DNA of 64,000 nt from Histomonas meleagridis 2922-C6/04-290x (GCA_020184695.1 JAANOX010000266.1:1-64000), one strand, 5' to 3'. Positions 23,126 through 35,960 are shown, numbered from the stretch's first letter. A program made the numbers and translations. The notes: a model not told the origin generated them from the letters alone.

Positions 23126-24217
23126 ATGCGAATAAGAATAAGAATAAAAAAAACTCACATATTTTCATATCTATCACTCTTACCTATAATTTTTCTCTTT
23201 TGCTATATTTCATATTCAATAAAAGCATTACCTAAAGAAGTTGATTTTATATCTTCTCTTCTAACCTCAAATAAACTCATTATATCTGGCATAACAAAAT
23301 GCATAAATGTTTCCATAAATAATTTTACAACAAATTCAATAGCAAGAAAAGAACAATTTGATATTGTTGAAAATTACATTAAAGAAAATCATCCTATTGT
23401 TTCAAGCACATGTTATGTAGGATATTGTGGATTTCAATTAGAAGATTACTGGTATGAAGCATTTCATAATAAATCAATTGAAGATTTTGGTGTTTTTGTA
23501 CCAATTTTTGTTAATTACACCAACTTCTTTCATGATCCTCGTTATTGTGATAATTATCGAAGTTTTATGGAAGGTTTATTTAATATATTAAATAAAGATT
23601 TCTTATATGTCACATTAGTAGCAACCGATGCAGGAATCGAAGCTTATACAGACATGAAAGTACCTGACAATGTATTTATTTTGAGTAGTGGTGGTTTAGG
23701 TAATGTTCCATTAAATCTATTTTTAAGGGATTTTGAGCCAATTGAAGTTAAAAAAACCCCGAAGTATACCGCAGTATTTTTTGGGACTGTCGAAAATCAT
23801 GAAATACGAAGTGAAATGGCACGAATTGCAAGTGAAACGCTCGGAGATAAATTTTTAAAGGGTTCAACAAGCGTAGAAGAAACAATTGAAATTTATAAAG
23901 ACGCTAAAGCTATATTATGTCCACGTGGCAATGGTCGAAACTCATATCGATTGACAGAATCTTTACAAATGGGCTTAATTCCAATTGTTATCTATACTGA
24001 CATTCCATAGGTGCCTTACTATGATTCCATTGGTTGGAACGATTTCGGATTTGTCATCAAAATAGAACAACTTGCTGAAGTACTTCAAAAAGTGGATAAA
24101 ATGAGTTATAAGGAACTGACAAAAAGGAGAAACAAAATTAAAACTATGTACAAAACACATTTCTTGCCAAGTGGTGCAATGAATCAAATTGCAGAATTTT
24201 TTATTATGGATTTGTAG
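23126..24217 (+). pseudogene. Exostosin-family (GT47) glycosyltransferase with one in-frame TAG at 24008-24010
   Basis: N-terminal signal anchor; LCPRGNG..SYRLTESLQMGLIPIVI.D..*VPY...IGWNDF continues in frame past the TAG. Confidence 0.75.
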
Positions 24218-24411
24218 GATCAGATCTAAGATGCGGAAAGAGAATGTATTCAAAATAACTATAACATATAAACTTTCGAATGTTAATTATATCTTTGTAT
24301 TTTTGAAATCTACCTAATGTTCAGTTGGTAACTAAAAAGTATCACATATTCTATGTATTATACCGAAAGTGACAAAGGCTCGTTTATTTTTACTGGTTCC
24401 ATATAAGAAAA

Positions 24412-25077
24412 ATGATTTCAAGCGAAAATGTTTCATTTATTGATGGAAGTAGTGATGCGTTAGAGCCAGCAGACGAAACAAATATTGAATTAAATCAACA
24501 AAATTCAACAATGGATTTTATTATTCATGAAGATCCATCAGAGATAATTGAATCACTTGAAAGCGATTTTACTCGCATTTCAGAAGATATACGAATAGAA
24601 AAAGAAAAAAATGAAAAATTGAAATTATCTTATTCAAACACATTGAAAGTAACAACAAACAAGCAAAAGCAAATTCTTAATAAGTTGAAAAATCTCCTTA
24701 AAAAAGATTCAGAAAGTGAATCTGTACAAGAAGCACTTGACTTAATCGGAAACATCGAACCTGATGATAATGTTCCTCAAGAAAAGCCAGCTCCTCAAGT
24801 AAAAGAACTCGAAAAGAAGGCCCAACAAATTAAATCAAATGTTGAAAAACAACAATTAGAGAACAAAAACCTTAAACAGTTAATAAAAGAACGTAGAAGC
24901 GAACGTGATGATTTAAAATATCAGCTTGAAGAAATAAATTCGCAAATTGAAGAAGAGAAAGAAAAGCGAATCCAACTCAAAGAAAAGTTTAAATCCATTG
25001 CAGAGAATGTTAAAAAACGTGATGCATATTGGAAAGAAAAGATTCAAAATCTTGAATCACAAATCAACGATCAATAA
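24412..25077 (+). CDS. Coiled-coil protein of unknown function
   Basis: Intact 221-aa ATG-initiated ORF, K/E/Q-rich heptads. Confidence 0.75.
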   Translation: MISSENVSFIDGSSDALEPADETNIELNQQNSTMDFIIHEDPSEIIESLESDFTRISEDIRIEKEKNEKLKLSYSNTLKVTTNKQKQILNKLKNLLKKDSESESVQEALDLIGNIEPDDNVPQEKPAPQVKELEKKAQQIKSNVEKQQLENKNLKQLIKERRSERDDLKYQLEEINSQIEEEKEKRIQLKEKFKSIAENVKKRDAYWKEKIQNLESQINDQ

Positions 25078-25879
25078 CCGTTAACCGTCGCACAACTGTT
25101 TGATGATGCTGAAGATTTGTTTAATTTAAAATTAAAATGAAAATGTTAAATATATTCCATTTGACATCAACTCTGAAGCGCAACGATCATAAAACAAAAT
25201 GAAATTGCAATATGAAAATCTAAAAATTTGATTTGATAATTATACAAAATTAAAATTAAGTTCACCAAAGCAAATGTAATTTCTTTCAATGCGCAACAAA
25301 TCCAAAAAGTCGAAATCCAACACAAATACAAAACAGTAAACCATATTTGTTGTAACGTGTTTTTCATTTCATAAAAATTTTTATTAAGAATTCTTAATCT
25401 AGTTTTATGTGATTGATTAAATGGAGCATTTTGATCATTACAATCTTCAGTTCTTAAAAAAAAAAAGAACGAGTTCCATCATTATTTACTGCAACTAATT
25501 CACGTAATATATTTTATAAAATATATTATTCTAGAAGAAAAAATTGAAATAAATTTCAGCATATTTACTATCTTTGTAAATAAAACATTTTTTAATCACT
25601 CAAATTGTATTTATTTTTATTGATTTCGGTAATTTGGTATTTACCCTTTTCATTTTATTAGTCACTTTTTGAATAAAAAGTGTATACAATGATAGGTTTT
25701 TTAAAAATTAATAAGCCTACAAGAAATGCCATTTTAACGTTTTTGGGGACAGGTCCAGTGTATCGTAGTTGCTGATGATATAAATAATAGGGTTTTCCGA
25801 TGAATAGGAACAAATCCAGTGGCTAGTGTCTATTTATACATCTTAAGCCAAAACACAAGTTTGAATGAAAATAAGTGGA

Positions 25880-28300
25880 AATCGAAAAAGTAGAATTAAT
25901 TTGGTATTGTCATAATATTGAAAAATGGATTTGCAACATGTAACGACTTGGTTACTTGGTGTAATTGTTGGATAATATTATCAGTTAGAATATCTCTAAT
26001 AACATTTGAAATTTTGATTGTTATTACAAAATCTGGTTGGTTACACAAGTGAAAAAGAGATGACCAATAGCATCATGAAATAGAGCATGATTCATATTTT
26101 TGTTCCTCTTCTTTGGAGAGCATAATTTTTAATTCTGGTCATTGCTCTCATTTGGCCGATGAAAAACCACTCAATTTTACGTTGGATATTAACGGACGAA
26201 TATTTGGTTAGCTCGAACAAAAGTAAATTGAAGTTCTTCTTATCAAAAAGTAGACGTTATTGAAACTTTTTGAATTATAATTCAGTTGTTCAAAAATTAA
26301 CGCTCAAGAATGTCTTCTGCACAACTTGAAAAAAAAGAAAAAAAACTCAGGCATCCTGAATCCTCAATGAATAGTGCCAAAGTAGTTTTATGTAATTCCA
26401 TAAAAGATCTCCTTCGGGTATGATGAATGGTGCTCCAGGATTTGAAAGGAATTGAACGTATCGGATTTTTCGATTTTGTAAACCATGCAAATAAAACATG
26501 TTTTTCAATGCTTATTCAAATATTTTCATGTTTGTGAGAAAATATTTGCTCATTCAATTGTGTTTCAATAAAAATAATTTCGCCTAAAATATTCTATGGA
26601 AATAAAAAATGACATATACGATACAACAAAAATTTGAATGCTTTTGAAAATTCTTAATATTATGACGAGGAAATTGAATTGATTCAATTTTCAATCAACA
26701 ATTCGTATCGTTGCATTCATCATTAAACTTTGATATGTTTAAAAATCCGATGAATTTAATACAAAATAGTAAAAACATAATTTTGTTAAGATCCAGCACT
26801 CGATCGCATATGTTATACCGAAGTTAATTCATGTTCATATTAATATCAAATCATATAAAAAAATATTTACGCGAAAATTAGATGAATATTCGATGCAATA
26901 AATCAAATATGTATTTATTATCATAATGTTATTCGACTTGAATACGATATTCCATTTTTAATGAGATTATATGATACATTTTATATAAATTAGATATTAT
27001 AAGCCTATTCACGTATCGAAAATATATATTTTGATCAATACCATAATTAAAACACGGATCAAAATTGAGCCATTTAATGAATCATTAAATTTTCAATATA
27101 TAAATAATATATTCATTAACATGAACAATTATATTCTGAAAATAAGTATATAAGAATATGTCAATATTTACAATTTTTAATTGATAAGAATACTTTCGTC
27201 ACAATAAATGTTTTAAATTGGCAATAATAATATGTTTAATATAATAATCAACTTTATATAATAATATAATATACACATAATGATATATATATTTTGCATG
27301 TGATATATTGTATGATATAATAAAAATCAAACGATATTAATAGAAAATATAATCGGTTATTTACAACATTAATTTTATTATTTGAATATTAAAATACATA
27401 AATCGTTATAATGCTGAACGACTATATATAATTAATAAAATAAATAAAAATATATAGTTCGTGATGATATATTGGCTGGCGTATATTAATCATTGTGTTA
27501 ATCGTATTTTAATTTAAATATGATAATGGAATTGAGGTATTACAGAAATATGAGGTCATTAATTAAGTATCATATGAAAAATGTTTATTCATAATTAACT
27601 GGAAGTATAAATAATAACGACATTTTTCATGGATGAATTTTAATTTTGTTATAATCGCTCGGATTTTTGATTTTTATTCAGAAAAGCATCAAATTTTTAA
27701 ACATATCAAAGTTTAATGATGAATGCAACGATACGAATTGTTGATTGAAAATTGAATCAATTCAATTTCCTCGTCATAATATTAAGAATTTTCAAAAGCA
27801 TTCAAATTTTTGTTGTATCGTATATGTCATTTTTTATTTCCATAGAATATTTTAGGCGAAATTATTTTTATTGAAACACAATTGAATGAGCAAATATTTT
27901 CTCACAAACATGAAAATATTTGAATAAGCATTGAAAAACATGTTTTATTTGCATGGTTTACAAAATCGAAAAATCCGATACGTTCAATTCCTTTCAAATC
28001 CTGGAGCACCATTAATCATACCCCAAAAATCATCCAAATTGTTTGAAAAAGCCTTGTGATTAATTAAACAACTCTTTCCCCAAATGTTCACTCAAATAAC
28101 TTTAAAGAATGCTTTCATAAAGATGTTGTCATTTGAGATATCATAACAAATTGATTCTTTAATTGAGACGAGTTTATCATACTATTGAAGTTTGTTCCAC
28201 TCCATGCAAGAAAGAAAGTGACAAAATCTTTGATGGGGAAGAAATTGAGAAACAGCAGATAATTTTGGCAGTAATTTATTTCCATCAATCACACCATTGA
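25880..28300. repeat. Degenerate dispersed repeat (25880-26416 + 28024-28300) interrupted by a long-TIR element
   Basis: Both flanks are reverse-complement homologous to 55660-56640 (e.g. gtaacgacttggttacttggtgtaattg; caaaaatcatccaaattgtttgaaaaa). Confidence 0.85.
26417..28023. mobile_element. Non-autonomous 1.6-kb element with ~330-bp terminal inverted repeats (copy 1)
   Basis: 26417-26746 is a near-perfect reverse complement of 27693-28023; AT-rich interior has no credible ORF; no TSD found. Confidence 0.9.
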
Positions 28301-28565
28301 GTCCTTTGAACAGTTTCGATTTGAAATATCAAAAAATATGAACATGAATATCTTTAAAATGGACACTAAGATTTTTTTCTCATAAGTAAAAAGTTTATTT
28401 TTTTTTCATTAGTTAATAAATAAATTTTAAGTATAAAGAAAATCGTACAGAGAATTCATCTGGTTTTTGTGTAGTCAGTGACCAACGATTCGCAATATAT
28501 ATGGCGAATAAAGAATTATTTCAAAGACAACAAGTTTCTATAAAATATGAATTTTTTGTATGAAA

Positions 28566-30316
28566 TCAATATCCAACAAGATCATGATAATATATTTTTA
28601 ATTGCTTTAAATTTGATTCAGTATATTTCTTTAAATCATCTTTTGCTTTGTTAATTTCATCTTGTGTTACCTTCAATAAGTTCTCATTTAGTTGAGCTAT
28701 TTCTTTAATTTTGCTTTTTACATTTTCCTTTAATGTATTAAGTTCATTTATTTCTTCACTTAAAAATAATTGCATTTGTTCTGATACATTCTTAATTATG
28801 TTCTGCTTTAATTTCTTTTATCCCAATATATTGCGTATAATTAATACCATTTTGTTGCATGACTTCAATTAATTGTGAAAGATTCATTCCAATATGAATA
28901 TTATTTGATCCATTTGTTTCAATTTCTCCAATTTTCATTTGTTCTGTTTTAATATCTCAGTTTTTTATTTTTGGTGGAACATTAATTGTTTTTTCATTTG
29001 GAATTTTGGAATTTCTTGTAGGCAAAACCTTTGTAAAGTTTCCATCTTCTGCATATATGTCTATATTATTATTATTATTGTCATATTGATTTTGTTGATA
29101 TACATCAATTTGTACTCGTTTGTTTAAATAAGAGTTTGGTTCTAATGCACCTGCTAAATAAGCTGTTCCTTGTGCAATATATTCGTATTGAATAGGATTT
29201 GGCTTAACTTCTTGTGATTGAAATAAGCGAGAAATATTACGTAAAAATGGGTTAACGCGAGATCCACCGCCTATAATCACCAAATCATTATAACTCTTTA
29301 TATTAGCATCTCGATATGCTTCGAGAATAGGATCCTTGATTTTTTAGGCAAGTTCCTGAATACTTTTTTCGAATTCGGAACTTTCAAAGTCAAATTCGAA
29401 TCCATTGGGCAATTCTTTACATACAAAATTTATGTTCATTTTGATTTTTTTGTTAATATATAACTTTTCTTTAGCTGTGTTTGCAGCATAATAAATATTT
29501 AATAAATGTGTTTTGGAAAGTTGAATTCTTGGATATTTCTCTTTGATTCTATTTACGAAAAGTTATTGAACTATTTTTGTTACATTTGAGCCTCCAAAAC
29601 GTGTATCGCTTATTGAACTCAAAACTTGAACATTAATTGGCTTTTCCCCTTTTAGTTTATTATAACAAATAGATACAACATTCATAGATGTGTCACCAAT
29701 GTCAATAAAAATGACATATAAATTTTTATCTTTAAATTTCTAATAATTATCAACTGCATACTTAACTGCGGCTGCTGTTGTGGAGTTAATTGTACATATG
29801 CAGTCAACGCCAGCAATTGAGGCAGCATCAAAAATTGCTTGTCTTTGTTGAATATTAAACCAAGGTGGAACAGTGATTACACAACGCGTAAAGTTCGTTG
29901 TTGTAAATGCATATTCTTGGTATTGAACATAAGAAAAAATTGTTTTGAGTAAGTACGCAATGCATTATTCAACAACTTTGGTTTGATTTGGAATTCTTTT
30001 TTTCCATTATTAATAATGATACCTGTAAATTTATCATCTAGCTCGCAAAGATCAAATACAAACTGCAATTCAATATGTTCATTACTATTGAACTTTAAAC
30101 CAATTAATTTATTTAAATCATAAATAGTTATTATATTAGGCACTAAATTGCTGGAAGCATCTGTGTCGCCAGGGTATCGAGTTGTTGGTGTAAAATAAAC
30201 AAATGAAGGAGTAAATTGAATCTGTCTCTAACTCCTATATTTACTTCTGAAAGTATGCTACCTACGATTCTTTTGTTTCCAAGATCAATTCCTAAAGTTG
30301 GTATTACCCTCATCAT
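28566..30316 (-). pseudogene. Divergent Hsp70/Hsp110-like pseudogene
   Basis: LGIDLGN, CVITVPPWFNIQQRQAIFDAASIAG, FIDIGD, DTRFGG, IIGGGSRV, IAQGTAYLA motifs with frameshifts and several in-frame stops. Confidence 0.85.
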
Positions 30317-30651
30317 GAGGAAAATTGGTTTCAAAAAAAGCCATTTTGAATAACTTTTTGTTGATTCAAAACCCGCCGCCAAAAAACGAATGGATTATCG
30401 TTTTACGTAGAAAATCTTATCGTTCTCTATGACACTTTTGCGATAGAGCTTACAACATGCAAATCGTGATATAAAACCTTTGATGTAAAGTCTTAAAGTA
30501 AAAATGTTTTAAAAAAGATATCAATATGAATAAAATTCTCAAAACATTTACATAAAATTTTAAATGATTAATAATATGAATTTGATATCAAATTTTTACT
30601 AACAAAATGAAATTTTCCCTTTTAAACCACGATAAAATTTCATATATGAAA

Positions 30652-31762
30652 TTATCTTAATTTTATAGGCAATTGTATTACTATTTCTTCATCATCTTTA
30701 TCTTTATTATATTCGTCTTTTAAAATATTGAGATATTCCAAATTTTTTTTCAACATTGGTAACTTATCAATGAATGTATTAATTTTGGAAGCATTTCTCT
30801 TTAAGAATTTATATCTATAAATAAAAGAGATCGAAGATATAAATGAAGTAAAAAGGACATCGAAATGTTTTGGAATATCAAAATTATCAGTTGAAATATA
30901 ATTTTGTATTTTAAGAAGAAATCCTTCAGTGAGTTCCATTGGACCATTAAAACAAATTTTCATGCATATTTCCCATTTCGGACCGACAAATATATCCTTT
31001 TCTTCTTGCATTATTTTATCATAGATCGAAGTAATGATATAACTTGGACCACGTTCAACACAAACGCAAACCAATTTCGATAAGATTGGATGAACAGAAA
31101 ATGTGTTATAATTCGAATATATTTTCATGACAATTCGTTTATATATCAAATCATTAGTTTCATTTAATATATATATATATGCATCAATATGTTGTTCATT
31201 TTTTTGAATATCTTTAGCAAAAAATAATTCGATGAATTCCACATCAATAATAAAATATTTTAATATCGAGATAAGTAAATTGGTAAAAGTTGGAAATGAA
31301 TTGGATTCTGAATATGATATAATGGTCTGAGAGGTTTCTTGTATTTGTTGTTCCATTAAAAGTTGTGAATCATATGCTTTTATAAGAAGTTCACAAACTG
31401 AATCTTTGATTTGATCACTAATATCGATTTGGCCTAATAAAGGAACTGCAACCTTAAATACTTCATTTTGAAAAGCATACTGTGGTACAAAAAATTTGCT
31501 TTGAATGGAAATTAGAAAATAAATGCCTGATTTATATAAAATTAATGTCGGAAGAACTGAAACTAATTCACGAAGAAACCACATTTGATTCCTACTGCCT
31601 TTATAAAATTTTAGAATTCGTCTTCTGCCATCAATAAAATTAATTATTTCAGAAATGGAGCCACGCATTTGTTTAAATGACCTGTACTTATTAAAGCTTC
31701 CTGTTTTATTTGGTGATTGTGATCTATGTCGTCTGGACGAACGATGATGATGGTGTCTTTTG

Positions 31763-31794
<32 letters not shown>

Positions 31795-31803
31795 TTTTCC
31801 CAT
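30652..31803 (-). CDS. Protein with N-terminal poly-His/basic tract and helical-repeat (possibly Pumilio-like) body
   Basis: MGK-H11-KRHHHHRSSRRHRSQSP; FSVHPILSKLVCVCVERG loosely resembles a PUF repeat; intact 383-aa ORF. Confidence 0.65.
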
Positions 31804-32531
31804 TAAAACGAATTCGGCTTATGAAAAGTGGCATATATAAAAAGTTCACTTTTTTACGTTAATTCAAAAATGAAAAATCACCGAAATTGTACAATTACTA
31901 CTGTAGTAAGTCAAAAATGTTGCTGAAATTAACGGTCGATATATCACCACTTTTTGCATAGTTTACATATAATCAACAATATATTTGACGATTAAAATTA
32001 ATCTACAATTTTTCTTGAAGTCGCTTCATATCTACTAAATATGTGTTGTGTACGGAAATTCTCAAAAATCATTCAATTTTCGAGTAAACCACTCAAATTA
32101 TGAAGAATTTGAAATAATTGCTTGTCGTTAAAGCGTTAGAAAAGTGACGGATGCATTTTTGGGATTTTTTGTACACCAGCTGTACGTAAATTCCGTACTG
32201 TACTGCAACCGTTGGGAAACCCTGTTGGGAAATTTGAGTATGTAGTATCCAAAAAGTGGAGGCCCCATTTAATCAATACGGAGAAATTGAATAAGGTGTA
32301 ATTTGCATCCAAATATTGGCTCTCAATTGGAATGTTTCGAAAGATTTTAAAAGTTTCGAAAGTTATCAGAAATAAAAATCAAACATATACAAATTAAACC
32401 AATCTTCTCAAACTTATGCCAAATTATTCAAACTTTAACCAAATCTATATAAAGTTCCGACTTTAGCAAATTTTACAAACTTTTGTGAACTCATTCGATT
32501 TTGAAAACATGAAATTCTCTAAATTTTTTTA

Positions 32532-33437
32532 ATGAATTTTAATTTTGAAGCTGTCGAAGAAAATGAAAAACAGGAAATTGATCCTCTCATTGATGGAATA
32601 TCAAGTGATAATGAAGAAGATTCAATGAAATATAATGCAGATTTTATTATTAGTCAAGAAGATGATCATATGATTAGAACATTGACAAATTTCAAATGTC
32701 GAGAATTTTTAATACTTTTCCAAGTCATAGAACCTTATATGGAAAATGCTCATACAGGTGGAAGAAAATCAAAACTTTCAATTATAACAATGTTTTTAAT
32801 AGAATTATGCTTTTGTAAGCATGCTTTGAGTTTTGTTTTCCTTCAAATGCAATTTGGTTATGACAATTCCTATTTGGAGAGAATTGTCTTTCAAACAATC
32901 TCAATTTGTCATATGATTTTATTTAATTTTGCAGTTAGATAAATTTCACGAGAAGAAAACGAAAGAGATGGAATTTTATTTGAATATTTTCCTTTTGCTA
33001 CATGTGCTATTGATGCTTCTGTACAAGAAGTATCAAAATCAAACTTAGATTGGTATTCAGGAAAACATAAGAAACATTGTATCAAAATGCAAGCAGCTGT
33101 TGGTGCAGAAACACCTTTTAAGAAAACAAGAAACGGACTAACAGCACAACAACATAATCACAATGAAAATTTCAGTCATGATAGAGTCATTGTTGAAAGA
33201 TGGTTTGGTAGACATGAAAGTTTATGGAAAATCATGTTTTTAAAATTTTCCTTTAAATTAGATAGATACGAAATGAAGTATATATTTTGTAGTGCTTTAA
33301 CAAACTTTCATATTTCTTGCTCGAGATATAATCGAACAATTTCTACATTGAGAATTAATATCAGTATATTGTTCATTAAAAAAATATCGTTTTTCATTAA
33401 TTTGTATAAAACACTCATTTTCAATGACGACTATTGA
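32532..33437 (+). pseudogene. Decayed DDE_Tnp_4 (ISL2EU/PIF-Harbinger, IS5-like) transposase
   Basis: N-terminal HTH-like region (RTLTNF..GRKSKLS); in-frame TAA at 32940; AIDASVQ, WYSGKHKKHCIKMQ and HN..FSHDRVIVERWFGR motifs; central segment with the second Asp appears deleted. Confidence 0.8.
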
Positions 33438-33569
33438 ACATTTAGTTGTTAAAAAAGTAATTATCATTTTTGCTTGTCTAGTGCAAGGAGAAGGTAGGTT
33501 AATATCAATTCTATTGTAATGGTATACATCATATGAATTTATTGTGTAATCAATGGTTTCATTAAACAT
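33297..33569 (-). pseudogene. Virus-like cassette gene Z, copy A (3' truncated)
   Basis: MFNETIDYTINSYDVYHYNRIDINLPSP is homologous to MFNKIKDYTISSYDYAHYYRIYVNLPGP at 42060. Confidence 0.65.
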
Positions 33570-33620
33570 TTATATAATATAAAAATATTTCAGGAATTCT
33601 ACTTATCAAAACACAACTTT

Positions 33621-34420
33621 TTACAACACAACTGTCTTTCTATAATTAAACATGAATACTAATTGAATAATAAATCTACAATGAATTGGATATATAGGAT
33701 TCTTCCCATCAGAAGTAAATTTTATATTAAAAGTATATCCGTCAGAAGGAGCGTAATAAATAACAGTAGGTTTTTCATTAAAATCACCTTTGATACCAAT
33801 GAATTTTCTCTTACTATCACTAAAAATGCATGGAATTCTAAATATTCTCTATTCCAAACATTAGTAAAAGTTTTACTATTATAGAAGTTATTAAGTATAT
33901 CTTCATTGGTGGGATTCTGATTTATAAATATTAATAAATTATTTATGTTGGTATCAAATAAGTTATCAGTAGGATTAACAAATCTGTATTCATGATCACA
34001 ATTAATAGTAAGTTCTCCTGTTGTATTTATAATGATAATCAAATGTATAATTATTATCATTAAACGCAGCATCTCTTAAGAGAATTATCAATTGATTAAA
34101 TAAGTAATTACTTCTAATAAATTATTATGACTCATTATTTGAATACTAACTATAGTTTCTTTTTGTTCTTCATCTCCATTTTTTACAATACATTTTAATG
34201 CAATTACATGTGAAGTAGGAATGATTTCTAAACGTCTTATTCCAACTACTTTATTTTGACTACAGGAATCTAATTCACGTTGTGGATGACGAAACGTATA
34301 ACCATTATTTTTATTTACATTAGTTAAATCTCTTTCATATTCTTCAATATCTAAATTAGTATGATTTTCTTCTATAGGTAATTCTGATGCATGAGTAGTA
34401 AGTTGCTTTTCAGTTCTCAT
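33621..34420 (-). pseudogene. Virus-like cassette gene X, copy A (stop + frameshift)
   Basis: Homologous along its length to 38908-39705 (NLDIEEYERDLT, SQNKVVGIRRL, NVWN, APSDG.TFNIKFT.DGKNPIYP). Confidence 0.85.
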
Positions 34421-34437
34421 TTTAATTAGTATAAAAT

Positions 34438-34860
34438 ATGATTGAATCTAATAGAATTGAAACTATACTTAAATCTTTAATGAATAAAAATAGTGTAGTA
34501 TATCCTAATTATAGTAAGAATTCTGATACCTTATCTAATGGCATATGTTCATTAACAATTAATAGTGTAGATAAATCATTTATAATATTTACTTATGGAA
34601 GATGTCATTTAATAATTAATCCTCTAGATTCCAGTATCAAAGGTCTTATTTTAATAAACGATATTTTAGTAAGTGATATTATTACAGGATCTAATATTAT
34701 GAATAATGCTTATCTATCTTAAATGTTTAGTAATATTAATAATATATTAACTATATATGAAGAATTCATTAAAATCAATGAAGAAAATAATAACGTTAGT
34801 ATAAATGACATGTTATTGATAATGTTATTCATTAATGTAATGTATATTGTTATTCATTAG
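34438..34860 (+). pseudogene. Virus-like cassette gene Y, copy A (internal TAA at 34720-34722)
   Basis: Homologous to the minus-strand ORF at 38432-38868 (NGICSLTI, INPLD, INDILVSDIITGSNIMNNAYL); TAA aligns with CAA (Gln) in copy B. Confidence 0.75.
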
Positions 34861-35800
34861 TGTATTATATAATGTTATTAATATTGTTATTCATTAGTGT
34901 ATTGTATAATGTAATTAATATCGTTATACATAAATAAATATAACAATAAATGATCGATAATAAATAATGATAAATATAATGTTTAATAATAAATAATGAT
35001 GAATGATAAATATTTAAAATACATTATGATGGATAATAATGAATATATAAATGCATAAATTAGCATATAATGTTTTAATAATCATCAACTAAATTTTGAA
35101 TGCAATCTAATTGAGATTTAAAAATTTAATTTAATCAAATCAATAATAGCGCATATAAAAGTGCCAATGCATTTCACATTCTCATTATCAACTTCATTAA
35201 ATAATGCTATTTAGATAAAATTAAAAAAAATAAAAAAAATCACCAATTTGTAGTATAAATAATTATGAATCAATGTTCATATCACTTTCAATATGAATAA
35301 AACAATTTACATATTTCGACAAATATTTGTGTTTGAATGCATACTTGGTCAACTATTTCATGTAAACGTTTTTCAATTAAAATCACAGAGATGCCACTTT
35401 TGAAGTCCAGATATATCATACAAAAAGTCGAAACATGAAAAAAATTAATAATAAGTTATTATATTTATCAACATAGAATCAATTTTTTCTAATAGCATTT
35501 AAGATTTATATGTTATAATAGATGGTGAATTTAACCATATGTATAAATTTCAAAAATATAAATAAAATTTCTAATGCTCAATAATTTTATCAAAATTAGG
35601 AATTATATGAAATTAATAGTGCATTTACGTCTTTTCTTGCATAATTTATCACAGTTTGATATAAAAATTATAAATTTAATTTTTGAATTTTTTGAAATTT
35701 TAAAAAAATTGTTTTTTCGGCGGTTGTCATCACATCGCATTCAAAAAGTGGAGAATTGTGGGAATAACCGTCAAAAAGTGGGTACAAAAAAGGAACAGTT

Positions 35801-35960
35801 AGCACATATAAGTGAGAATAAACATATATAATAAAAAATTAATAAGAATAAATGAGAATCAGCACATATAAGTGAGAATGAACATAAGACAATGAAATGA
35901 ACACATATAAGTGAGAACAAATACAGTTAGTGAAAATAAGCACATATAAGTGAGAATTAA
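35801..35960 (+). repeat. Four direct copies of the 16-bp motif CACATATAAGTGAGAA with variable spacers
   Basis: Copies start at 35803, 35863, 35902, 35941 (spacing 60/39/39). Confidence 0.9.

Noticed and set aside
25880-26340. pogo/DDE_1 transposase identity for the host repeat (ITKSGWL, IFNSGHCSH)
   Set aside because: Motifs are short, in different frames, and the opposite strand looks equally coding-like; cannot be assigned without an HMM search
35801-35960. CRISPR-like array
   Set aside because: Repeat only 16 bp, four copies, irregular AT-rich spacers, eukaryotic context, no cas genes
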